A DNA stretch of 20,000 nt from IMG/VR virus record IMGVR_UViG_3300037067_004637. One strand, written 5' to 3'. Below, piece by piece: positions 8,878 through 17,585 of the stretch. The first letter of the stretch is position 1; every line of letters starts with the position of its first letter. The position numbers and the translations under genes are program-made. Under the pieces are notes generated by a model. The model made no database searches and was not told the DNA's origin. It saw only the letters and a list, made by a program, of their open reading frames with translations. Source of the stretch: an uncultured virus (IMG/VR IMGVR_UViG_3300037067_004637) (lineage: Duplodnaviria > Heunggongvirae > Uroviricota > Caudoviricetes).

Positions 8878-9867
8878 ATGTATAATAATGCTCGAATTCT
8901 CATAACTGGTGGCAGTGGTAGTTGGGGTAACGAACTAACCAAACAACTTTTAGATAAAAATCCAAAAGAAATAATAATTTATTCCAGAGGTGAACTTGCA
9001 CAAGTTACTATGGAAAGAAAATTCAATAATCCAAAACTTAAATTTGTTATTGGTGATGTTAGAGATTATGAATCTTTAAGAAAAGCCATGCAAGGTGTTG
9101 ATTATGTGTACCATATGAGCGCATTAAAACACGTTCCAGTTTGTGAGAATCATCCACAAGAAGCTATAAAAACAAATATAGATGGCACAAGTAATGTCAT
9201 TAATGCAGCAATTGTAAATAATGTTAAAAAAGTCCTAGATGTCAGCACCGACAAGGCAGTGAGTGCAAATAATCTATATGGTATGACAAAAGCTGTTGGT
9301 GAAAAACTTATTATACAAGCAAATAATTTAACATTAAATACGGATTTTGTTTGTGTTAGAGGTGGTAATGTACTTGGTTCAAATGGAAGTGTTGTGCCAT
9401 TTTTTATTGATCAAATAAAAAGATTTAATAAGGTTACTATTACAGATAGTACTATGACACGATATTTTTTAACTTTACCAGAAGCTATTCAACTTTTATT
9501 TCAAGCATCTGAGTACAGTATAGGTGGTGAAACATATGTAATGAATATGCCATCTTTTTATATAAAAGATTTAGCTGAAGTTATAGTTAATTATTATGGT
9601 GATGAAAATACCAAAATAGAAGAAATAGGTAGTAGAGAAGGTGAAAAGGTTCATGAACTTTTAATATCTGAACATGAAGCAAAAAACACTAAAGTTTTTA
9701 ATGATGATTATTATGTTATTTTACCTTCAATTAAAATAAATAGAGATTATACACATTTATATAATAATGTTAAAGTAAATTTTAAAGAATTTTCATCTAA
9801 TGATAATTTAAAAAATAAAGATTTTCTTTATGAATTATTAATGAGAGGTGGTTTTCTTACAAAATAA
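8878..9867 (+). CDS. UDP-GlcNAc 4,6-dehydratase (inverting), FnlA/WbjB/CapE/PseB family
   Basis: ILITGGSGSWG, SRGE, GDVRD, ALKHVP.CE, STDKAV, YGMTKA, RGGNVLGSNGSV, MTRYF, GEKVHE. Confidence 0.92.
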   Translation: MYNNARILITGGSGSWGNELTKQLLDKNPKEIIIYSRGELAQVTMERKFNNPKLKFVIGDVRDYESLRKAMQGVDYVYHMSALKHVPVCENHPQEAIKTNIDGTSNVINAAIVNNVKKVLDVSTDKAVSANNLYGMTKAVGEKLIIQANNLTLNTDFVCVRGGNVLGSNGSVVPFFIDQIKRFNKVTITDSTMTRYFLTLPEAIQLLFQASEYSIGGETYVMNMPSFYIKDLAEVIVNYYGDENTKIEEIGSREGEKVHELLISEHEAKNTKVFNDDYYVILPSIKINRDYTHLYNNVKVNFKEFSSNDNLKNKDFLYELLMRGGFLTK

Positions 9868-9877
9868 TATTATTTAT

Positions 9878-10579
9878 ATGTTTGAATATAACGAATTTGT
9901 TAGGCAGATTAAAGAAGGATTGATATTAACTCATAATATTTATGATTATAAATCATCTTTAGATATTGAAATGCATTCTATGGGTATAAAATATAGTTTA
10001 AAAATACATTCAAAATTTAAATATGATTTAGAACTTTTTAATGTTAACAATATTAAAAATGAATATTTAGATAATGTTATAAATATTAATGTTAATTTGT
10101 TTGGTTATTATCCAACTTACATATGGATAGTAAATAAAAATGGATTAAAAAATGATTTTAAATATGATGAAAAATATTTAAATAATAAATATACTTATAT
10201 TAAAATTAGATTTGAAGCTAAATATGATGATGGTTTATATAAAAATTCATTAGAAGTTCCTGAAATTGCATATCACATGACACCACAAAAAAACAAAGAA
10301 AGAATTTTAAAAACTGGTTTATATCCTAAAAGATTTAGTAGAAAATCTAATCATCCAGAAAGAATATATATGTTTTATCATTTAAATAATTATGAATCTT
10401 TATTAAAAATGCTAAAAACAACTGATATGTTAAATGGTGAACAATATGAATATATGTTATTAGAAGTAAAATTAAACAATAATAATATTATTCATACTGA
10501 TCCAAATTATTCTGATGGGTTTTTTACATATGATAATATACCACATGTAAATATTAAAATATTAAAAGAAAATTTATAA
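9878..10579 (+). CDS. Hypothetical protein with a C-terminal ADP-ribosyltransferase-like (KptA/Tpt1 C-domain-like) motif
   Basis: AYHMT...N..RI...GL.P, RIY, LLEV, DP...GFFT..NIP..I. The ATG at 9878 is preferred over the GTG at 9848, which overlaps the upstream gene. Confidence 0.5.
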   Translation: MFEYNEFVRQIKEGLILTHNIYDYKSSLDIEMHSMGIKYSLKIHSKFKYDLELFNVNNIKNEYLDNVININVNLFGYYPTYIWIVNKNGLKNDFKYDEKYLNNKYTYIKIRFEAKYDDGLYKNSLEVPEIAYHMTPQKNKERILKTGLYPKRFSRKSNHPERIYMFYHLNNYESLLKMLKTTDMLNGEQYEYMLLEVKLNNNNIIHTDPNYSDGFFTYDNIPHVNIKILKENL

Positions 10580-10597
10580 AAAATAATTAAAATTACA

Positions 10598-11428
10598 ATG
10601 AAAAAAATATTTATTTTAGGTTATACAGGAATGTTAGGTAGATATATTTATTCCTATTTTAAAAACAATAGTAGTTATGATATTATTGGTATCAATAGAA
10701 ATGATTTAGATTTTTCTAAAGTTAGTCAAGAAACATTAAGAGCTTTTTTGTTTCATAGAGGTTTAAAAGAAAATGATGTAATAATAAATTGTATTGGTAT
10801 GATTAAACAAAGAACTGACCAAAAGTCATTAGATTTTATTTTGATTAATTCAGTTTTGCCACAATATTTATCTAATATATGTGAAGCAGAAAAATGTTAT
10901 TTGATCCACCCTACTACCGATTGCTGTTTTTCTGGAGTTACTGGTTATTATACCGAAAATGATAAACATGATGTTAGTGATATTTATGGTGTAACAAAAT
11001 CATTAGGTGAAACATCAAATGATACAGTTATTAGAACTTCAATTATAGGTGAAGAAGTTGGTCAAAGTAGGTCGTTTATTGAGTGGGTTAAATCAAGTAA
11101 AGATAAAGAAGTTTTTGGTTTTACCAATAATACGTGGAATGGTGTTACTTGTTTACAATTTGCTAAAATATGTTTACAAATAGTTGATAAAAATATGTTT
11201 TGGAAAGGTGTTAGACATGTTTATTCACCAACAGCATATAGAAAAGGTGATTTAGTTCAATTAATATCTGATATTTATGAATTAAATGTTAAAATTACAC
11301 CTAAAGAAATGTCAGAAAATTGTTTTAGAACATTAAGTTCTATTTATGAAATCGTTAATGAGTTTAATATACCTGAATTAGAAGTTCAAATTAGAGAACA
11401 AAAAGAGTTTTATGAATTTCTAAAATAA
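10598..11428 (+). CDS. RmlD-like NDP-4-keto-6-deoxyhexose reductase (QnlA/WbvR-like)
   Basis: GYTGMLG, INCIG, TTDCCFSG, YGVTKSLGE (YxxxK), RTSIIG. At 276 aa it has no C-terminal cupin domain. Confidence 0.88.
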   Translation: MKKIFILGYTGMLGRYIYSYFKNNSSYDIIGINRNDLDFSKVSQETLRAFLFHRGLKENDVIINCIGMIKQRTDQKSLDFILINSVLPQYLSNICEAEKCYLIHPTTDCCFSGVTGYYTENDKHDVSDIYGVTKSLGETSNDTVIRTSIIGEEVGQSRSFIEWVKSSKDKEVFGFTNNTWNGVTCLQFAKICLQIVDKNMFWKGVRHVYSPTAYRKGDLVQLISDIYELNVKITPKEMSENCFRTLSSIYEIVNEFNIPELEVQIREQKEFYEFLK

Positions 11429-11438
11429 TTTTTCTAAG

Positions 11439-12752
11439 ATGAATTTATCAAATATAAAAATATTAACTGAAAATGGTTATAATTATATTAAAAATATTAA
11501 AATAAATGATAAAATTTATTCACATAATGGTAATATTAATATTATAAAAAACGTTTTAAAAAAAGAAATAAACAAAACAATTTATAACATAAAAACTTTA
11601 GGTAATGATGATATTAATTGTGATGAAAATCAACATTGGTTAACTATTAAAAGAAAATGGAGAGAAAATGTCAATTTTGATAATTCAGAGTGGATTAATA
11701 CTAAAAATTTAGAAATTGGAAATTTAATTTTAATACCAAAATTAAAATTATTAGAACAAACTATTTATAATATTGAATTGTTAAATTATTCAGATGAATT
11801 AAAAAATGTATACCAAGAATACGATTTATTTTTAAATCAAATTAAAGGAAAAAATATAAATATAACTAAGTTTTGTAAAGAAAATAAATTAAATTACAGA
11901 AAAATAATAAATTGGAAATGTAATGAAAATGAAAAACCAAAAATTTGTAATAAAATAATTAATTTAAATATAAATAAAAACACATCTTGGTTTTTAGGTA
12001 TATATTTAGCAGAAGGGTGGACTGATAATTCAAAAGGTAGAAAAACAATTACTATATCATTAGGTGATGAACCAGATTTAATAGAAAAAACAATTAATAT
12101 AATTAAAAATGAGTTTAATATACAACCTTATATTAGGAAATATGAAAAACAAAAAGGTTGTCAAATATCATTTACACACCAATTATTATCAGAAATGTTT
12201 ATTAAAGATTTTAGTAATGGTGAAAAAACATTTTCTCATACAAAAAAAATACCAGAATGGATTAGTAATATTGGTAAAGAAAATGTTATTGAATTTTTAA
12301 GAGGATATTTTGATGGTGATGGTTGTTTTTTTGAAAAAGAACGAAATTGTAATTTCACAGTATCATCAGTTTCTGAAATATTAATAGATGAAATAAAAAT
12401 TTTATTGATGAAATTAGACATTTTACCTAATAAAATATCCAATTTTAGAAAAAAACAAGAATTCATTTGTGGAAGAAAAGTGAATACAAAAAATAAATAT
12501 GTATTACAAGTAAGTGGTAAACAACTTGAAAAGTTTATAAACATTTTTAATATAAATAGTATAAATTTTTATAAATATAAAAGATATAATAGATTTTTTG
12601 AAAATAATTTTTATTGGGCTATACCAGTTACAAAAATAGAAAAAGAATTTTATAATGGAAATAATTATAATCTTGATATAGAAAATGATAATTCGTATTT
12701 AGTAAATGGTGGTTTATCTACAAACAATAATATTAAATTGAAAAACATTTAA
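11439..12752 (+). CDS. Free-standing intein-like protein (degenerate HINT domain plus LAGLIDADG homing endonuclease), no exteins
   Basis: HINT-N: KILTENG..IKNIKINDKIYSHNG and W...KNL..GN.I. LAGLIDADG motifs: FLGIYLAEG and FLRGYFDGDG. HINT-C: YNLDIENDNSYLVNG. An in-frame TAA at 11421 rules out an N-extein. Confidence 0.85.
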   Translation: MNLSNIKILTENGYNYIKNIKINDKIYSHNGNINIIKNVLKKEINKTIYNIKTLGNDDINCDENQHWLTIKRKWRENVNFDNSEWINTKNLEIGNLILIPKLKLLEQTIYNIELLNYSDELKNVYQEYDLFLNQIKGKNINITKFCKENKLNYRKIINWKCNENEKPKICNKIINLNINKNTSWFLGIYLAEGWTDNSKGRKTITISLGDEPDLIEKTINIIKNEFNIQPYIRKYEKQKGCQISFTHQLLSEMFIKDFSNGEKTFSHTKKIPEWISNIGKENVIEFLRGYFDGDGCFFEKERNCNFTVSSVSEILIDEIKILLMKLDILPNKISNFRKKQEFICGRKVNTKNKYVLQVSGKQLEKFINIFNINSINFYKYKRYNRFFENNFYWAIPVTKIEKEFYNGNNYNLDIENDNSYLVNGGLSTNNNIKLKNI

Positions 12753-12797
12753 TGTCTTATTTTATATATAAAATTTATAAAAAATAATTTCAATGAT

Positions 12798-13325
12798 TTG
12801 AATTTTACAGATATTACTAAAAAAATCAAATATTATTATATTAATAATAAAATTAACAATAATATTTGGGAAGGTAGTGAATTTGAATGGATAAAAAAAT
12901 TGTCTACTTGCGAAAAAGGAAATGTTGGAGAAAAAATTATTAATAGTTATTATATTTTAAAACAAAAAGATATATGTAAAAGATCATCGGTTGAAAATGA
13001 TACAGTTATAAACAATAAAAAAATTGAAGTTAAATTATCTTGTTTAAATGGAACTGGTTGTTTTAAGTGGCTTCAAATTAGGCTTGATGATGATTTTGAT
13101 TATTTATTTTTAATTTCTGTATACCCTAATGAAATTAAAACTTATAAATTTTCAAAAGATTATTTATTAGATTTAGAAAAAGATAATATTATTAAAAATC
13201 AACATGGTGGTAAAAGAAATAAAGATTTTAGAATAAAATATTTATCTATACATAAAGATAGATTACCATATTGGTTTACTACATGTGAAGTTGTAAATAT
13301 GAATAATCGTTTGGATATTTTATAA
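12798..13325 (+). CDS. PD-(D/E)XK restriction-endonuclease-like protein (start uncertain)
   Basis: KGNVGE, D...., IEVKLS, F.W.QIR...DFDYL. The annotated start codon is TTG. Confidence 0.6.
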   Translation: MNFTDITKKIKYYYINNKINNNIWEGSEFEWIKKLSTCEKGNVGEKIINSYYILKQKDICKRSSVENDTVINNKKIEVKLSCLNGTGCFKWLQIRLDDDFDYLFLISVYPNEIKTYKFSKDYLLDLEKDNIIKNQHGGKRNKDFRIKYLSIHKDRLPYWFTTCEVVNMNNRLDIL

Positions 13326-13348
13326 TAAAGTATTATATTTATAATATT

Positions 13349-13747
13349 ATGAAAGAAAACAATTTAAAAGAAAAATTTATGGTATCAGCATATTATAAAT
13401 ATGTTGGCAATAATAAGAAAATTTTCAATAAAGCAAGAGAAAAGTTTGGTGTTTTAATTGCATATTCTCATAATTTATATGACTATACAGATTATATGAT
13501 AGATATAGCTGTTACATATTATGATCCATATAAAAAGAAAGAAGTTGAAAAAATAAATGGTGGTGATAATATTCTATTAACTTACTATTATTATTCAGTA
13601 GAAAAAAAATGTTTTGTAGAATTAAATTATTTAAAAGAATATAAAATACTTCCTTTAAATTTTTTCAAAAAAAATTTTATACAACTTAATGGTGATATAA
13701 AAAAATCTATAATAAGAGAATTGAAGATAAAATCAATTTTAGAATAA
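13349..13747 (+). CDS. Hypothetical protein
   Basis: 132-aa ORF with an ATG start and codon usage like its neighbours. Ends in IIRELKIKSILE and is followed by a terminator. Confidence 0.6.
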   Translation: MKENNLKEKFMVSAYYKYVGNNKKIFNKAREKFGVLIAYSHNLYDYTDYMIDIAVTYYDPYKKKEVEKINGGDNILLTYYYYSVEKKCFVELNYLKEYKILPLNFFKKNFIQLNGDIKKSIIRELKIKSILE

Positions 13748-13769
13748 AAAATATTTTAAAAAAATATTT

Positions 13770-13807
13770 AAAAAGGTTGTTATGAAATGTCATAACAACC
13801 TTTTTTT
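13770..13807 (+). terminator. Intrinsic (probably bidirectional) terminator
   Basis: Perfect 16-bp inverted repeat AAAAAGGTTGTTATGA (13770-13785) / TCATAACAACCTTTTT (13790-13805), 4-nt loop, T7 tract at 13801-13807. Confidence 0.85.
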
Positions 13808-13840
13808 ATTTATATATAGTTTTAAACGAAAATTTTCAAT

Positions 13841-14485
13841 ATGGATTTATTAACACTTGAAATGAATATACTTTTAAATAAAATTTCTTCTTTAAAAAAT
13901 GAAATAGATTATAAAAATCAAAAAATTGAGGTTATAAGTAAAGGATTTTATGAAGAATTAAATAAAGGGTTGGTATTTGAAGAAGAACCAGAAGTTATAG
14001 AAGAAGTAAAAGAAGATGAAAAAGAAGAAGTATTAAATCAAGATATAAAAGATGGTGAAGATAAAATAAATGATGTAAATGAATCTATTGATGAAAATGA
14101 AACAGAAAAAGCTATAAAAAACGAATTACCAACTGATATTAAAAATATATTTAGAAAGATTGTTTTTCTTACACATCCAGATAAAATAAAAAATGATGAT
14201 AAAGATAAAGATATTAAAATGAAATATTATTTAGATGTACAAAAATCAGCACAAAAAAATGATATTGCTAATATATTAATAATTGCCAATAAATTAAGTA
14301 TTGAAATAGAAGTTCAGAATGATTATAAAGAAATATTAAAACAAGAAATTTGTAATTTAGAATTACAAACAAAAAATTTAGAATATACAAATGTTTGGGT
14401 TTGGTATCATACACCAAACGATATGTTAAAGAAAATAATGGTGGATAGACTTAGAGAAACTATAAGAAAAAAGAATAAAAATTAA
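13841..14485 (+). CDS. Acidic/coiled-coil protein with a central J-domain-like HPD motif
   Basis: IKNIFRKIVFLTHPDKI matches DnaJ helix II plus HPD. The N-terminal region is rich in E and D. Confidence 0.6.
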   Translation: MDLLTLEMNILLNKISSLKNEIDYKNQKIEVISKGFYEELNKGLVFEEEPEVIEEVKEDEKEEVLNQDIKDGEDKINDVNESIDENETEKAIKNELPTDIKNIFRKIVFLTHPDKIKNDDKDKDIKMKYYLDVQKSAQKNDIANILIIANKLSIEIEVQNDYKEILKQEICNLELQTKNLEYTNVWVWYHTPNDMLKKIMVDRLRETIRKKNKN

Positions 14486-14543
14486 TTTTCTTTATATTTT
14501 TTTAATATATATAATAAATAGAATTAAAAATTAAATTTTTGAA

Positions 14544-15401
14544 ATGGCTAAAAAGCTACATGGTAAGCAAATAAAAGATAGTACTATATTACAAGCACAT
14601 TTAAGTTTAACTACACCAATAGAAAATAATAATGCTGCAACTAAATTATATGTTGATAATTCTATAACTGGAACAACATCTTTATCAACAGCACTTTCAA
14701 CAGAAATTTCAATAAGAGGAAGTCAAGATACATCTTTATCAACAACACTTTCAACAGAAGTTTCTGTTAGAGGTTCTACTGATACAGCACTTTCAACAGA
14801 TTTATCTACTGAGTTATCTGTTAGAGGGAGTCAAGTTACATCTTTGTCAACAATTATTTCTTCTGAAACTTCATCAAGAATTTCGGCTGATTCATCATTA
14901 GAAACTGCTATATCAAGTAGTTCTGGTTCAGCATACTTATCTGGATTAACTGATGTTTCTGTGTCAAATTTGAATAATAATGATATACTAATTTATTCTG
15001 GTTCATCTTGGATAAATACTCCAAATTTATGGGCTGTTGATGAAAATAGTGCAGTAACTTTAGTAAACACTAATTATAATTTAGTTTTAGCTAATATCCA
15101 AATAGAACAAGATGGTGGTGTTAGAAAATTGTCTGATATGACTGTTACATCAGCTTCAACATCAGGAACAGAAAATAGTTATTCTTTAGAAATAGATGAT
15201 AGTAGTATATTAAGAATATATTCAGAATCAAATGGTTCTGGTGGATTAACATCTACTGGTGCTGTTTTAGATGGTGATTATTTTTATTTTGGAAATCCAA
15301 CAACAGATGGTAGTTGGAGATGGTTTGTGAATAATGATGGTGATTTAGAATTTCAAAAAAGAGTTTCTGGCTCTTGGGTATATAAAAATAAAATGACTTA
15401 A
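14544..15401 (+). CDS. Putative tail-fibre/virion fibre protein with Ser/Thr-rich 18-aa repeats
   Basis: AATKLYVD motif, four TSLST.LSTE.S.RGS.D repeats, and an LSGLTDV....NDILIYSGSSWIN fibre-type repeat. Confidence 0.65.
   Translation: MAKKLHGKQIKDSTILQAHLSLTTPIENNNAATKLYVDNSITGTTSLSTALSTEISIRGSQDTSLSTTLSTEVSVRGSTDTALSTDLSTELSVRGSQVTSLSTIISSETSSRISADSSLETAISSSSGSAYLSGLTDVSVSNLNNNDILIYSGSSWINTPNLWAVDENSAVTLVNTNYNLVLANIQIEQDGGVRKLSDMTVTSASTSGTENSYSLEIDDSSILRIYSESNGSGGLTSTGAVLDGDYFYFGNPTTDGSWRWFVNNDGDLEFQKRVSGSWVYKNKMT
14676..14915 (+). repeat. About four tandem 54-nt (18-aa) SLST coding repeats
   Basis: TSLSTALSTEISIRGSQD / TSLSTTLSTEVSVRGSTD / TALSTDLSTELSVRGSQV / TSLSTIISSETSSRISAD. Confidence 0.85.
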
Positions 15402-15406
15402 TAATT

Positions 15407-17569
15407 ATGGGTGTTTTATTAATTAATAATTCATTAACACAAAAACTTATAATTGATGAAAATGTTAATGGTGGTGGTTTGCTTTTGGATTATGAAGACC
15501 CAAATAAAAATGCTTTTATATTTACTATAACTGGAAATTCTTTTTCTATTCCAATGTCATCTTTATATACATATGATGCAACTGTTGATTGGGGTGATGG
15601 TAGCGAAATACAAACAATAACATCATATTTAGATAGTAATAGTGCTCATACATATTCTTTATCTGATGTATATACAATTAAAATAAATGGTGTTTTTCCA
15701 TCTATATATTTTAATAATACTAATCCAGATAGAACAAAATTAACAACTATTGTACAGTGGGGTGATGTAGAATTTTTATCAATGAATAAAAGTTTTTATG
15801 GATGTTCAAATTTAACAACATTACCAACACAAAAAATTCCAGTAAAAAATGATATTACTAATTTTGAACATTGTTTTGAAAATTGTACATCATTAACATC
15901 AATACCAAGTGGTATTTTTGATAATTGTACTGGTACAACAAATTTTCGATTTTGTTTTAATGGTTGTACATCATTAACAAGTATACCATCTGGTTTATTT
16001 GATTATAATACTAATATAATATTTATTAATAATGTTTTCCAAAATTGTACATCAATAACAAGTATACCATCTGGTTTGTTTGATAGTTTTACATCTGTTC
16101 AATATTTTAATTATATTTTTAATGGTTGTGCATCAATAACAAGTATACCATCAGGTTTATTTGATAATTGTGTTGGTGCAGTAACATTTCAAAACACTTT
16201 TTCAAGTACATCTATAACAAGTATACCATCTGGTTTATTTGATAATTGTATAAATGTAACAACGTTTTCTGCTACTTTTACAAACACAAATATAGAAAAT
16301 ATACCAACAAATTTATTTGATTATAATACAAAAGTAACAATGATGTATAGTGTTTTTAATACTTGTGTATCATTAACAAGTATACCTACTGAAATTTTTA
16401 GATATAATACTGGTATAACTGATTTCACTTCTATTTTTCAAAATTGTACATCATTAACAAGTATACCATATGGTTTATTTGATTATAACACAAAAGTTAC
16501 AAATTTTTCAAGTAGTTTTAATTCTTGTACATCTTTAACAAGTATACCATCTGGTTTATTTGATAATTGTATTAATGTTACTAATTTTACTAATATTTTT
16601 AATAATTGTACATATTTAATAAGTATACCATCTGGTTTATTTGATTATAACACAAAAGTTACAACATTTGATAGAAGTTTTCAAAATTGTACATCATTAA
16701 CAAGTATACCATCAGGTTTATTTGATAATTGTACTGGCGTAACAATATTTACAAATACATTTTATAATAATACAGGTTTAACATCAATACCAGTAGATTT
16801 ATTTAAATATAATACTAAAGTTACAACTTTTCAAAATACTTTTTCATTATGTTATAGCTTACAATCTATACCAGATAATTTATTTAATGGTTTAAATAAA
16901 GTTACAACATTTAGAGAAACATTTAATTATTGTACAAGTTTAGATATAAGTGGAAATACTAACATTTTTAAGGATTGTTCTGGTGTCACTAGTTTTTATA
17001 GTACATTTTATGAATGTGAATCTATAACCAATATACCATCAGGTTTGTTTGATGATTGTCCAAATGTTACAGATTTTTCATATACATTTAGAGGTTGTTC
17101 ATCAATATTAAGTATATCATCAGGGTTATTTGATAATTGTACTGGTGTAACATCTTTTTATAGTACTTTTTATGATAATCAAGCATTATTATCAATACCA
17201 ACAGATTTATTTAGATATAATACTAATGTTGTATCTTTTGGTTATGCTTTTAATAGATGTTATGATTTAACATCATTACCAGAAAATTTATTTTATTACA
17301 ATAAAAAAGTGACAGATTATAATCAATGTTTTTATACTTGTCTAAACATGGCATTACCATCAGTTATATTTGATTTAAGTGCTTCTGGTATAAGTGGAAA
17401 AACTATTAATTTTAGTAGGTTTATGATGGTATTTTCAACTGCAAATTCTCATACAGGAACGGTTCAAGATATATGGAATTATGTTTCTACAAGTTCAACA
17501 AAAACATATTGTTTTAGAAATGATACATCATTAACAAATTATGCAAGTATACCAACAGCGTGGAGATAA
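15407..17569 (+). CDS. PKD-like domain plus BspA-like leucine-rich repeat protein (19 repeats)
   Basis: VDWGDG...HTY....Y.I.I.G (PKD-like), then repeats of consensus CTSLTSIPSGLFDNCTxVTxFxxTFxx. Confidence 0.8.
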   Translation: MGVLLINNSLTQKLIIDENVNGGGLLLDYEDPNKNAFIFTITGNSFSIPMSSLYTYDATVDWGDGSEIQTITSYLDSNSAHTYSLSDVYTIKINGVFPSIYFNNTNPDRTKLTTIVQWGDVEFLSMNKSFYGCSNLTTLPTQKIPVKNDITNFEHCFENCTSLTSIPSGIFDNCTGTTNFRFCFNGCTSLTSIPSGLFDYNTNIIFINNVFQNCTSITSIPSGLFDSFTSVQYFNYIFNGCASITSIPSGLFDNCVGAVTFQNTFSSTSITSIPSGLFDNCINVTTFSATFTNTNIENIPTNLFDYNTKVTMMYSVFNTCVSLTSIPTEIFRYNTGITDFTSIFQNCTSLTSIPYGLFDYNTKVTNFSSSFNSCTSLTSIPSGLFDNCINVTNFTNIFNNCTYLISIPSGLFDYNTKVTTFDRSFQNCTSLTSIPSGLFDNCTGVTIFTNTFYNNTGLTSIPVDLFKYNTKVTTFQNTFSLCYSLQSIPDNLFNGLNKVTTFRETFNYCTSLDISGNTNIFKDCSGVTSFYSTFYECESITNIPSGLFDDCPNVTDFSYTFRGCSSILSISSGLFDNCTGVTSFYSTFYDNQALLSIPTDLFRYNTNVVSFGYAFNRCYDLTSLPENLFYYNKKVTDYNQCFYTCLNMALPSVIFDLSASGISGKTINFSRFMMVFSTANSHTGTVQDIWNYVSTSSTKTYCFRNDTSLTNYASIPTAWR
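15803..17338 (+). repeat. 19 tandem ~81-nt (27-aa) LRR coding repeats
   Basis: Cys codons at 15803, 15884 and 15965 are 81 nt apart. ACAAGTATACCATCTGGTTTATTTGAT recurs through the array. Confidence 0.9.
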
Positions 17570-17585
17570 AAATATATAATTTAAA

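Noticed and set aside
12109..12300. Plus-strand 63-aa ORF inside the intein-like gene
   Set aside because: Out-of-frame overlap with the LAGLIDADG domain, with no independent support.
10598..12752. Intein inserted in, or fused to, the RmlD-like reductase
   Set aside because: The frames differ, the reductase is complete with its own TAA, and an in-frame stop at 11421 precedes the intein-like ORF.
8291..13325. Classical type II restriction-modification operon
   Set aside because: The methylase and nucleases are several kb apart with unrelated genes between them, so pairing cannot be supported from the sequence.
15803..17338. CRISPR array suggested by the recurring ~27-nt sequence at regular spacing
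   Set aside because: The period is 81 nt in frame, copies vary at synonymous sites, and the intervening parts are also homologous, so this is a protein repeat. No cas genes are present.
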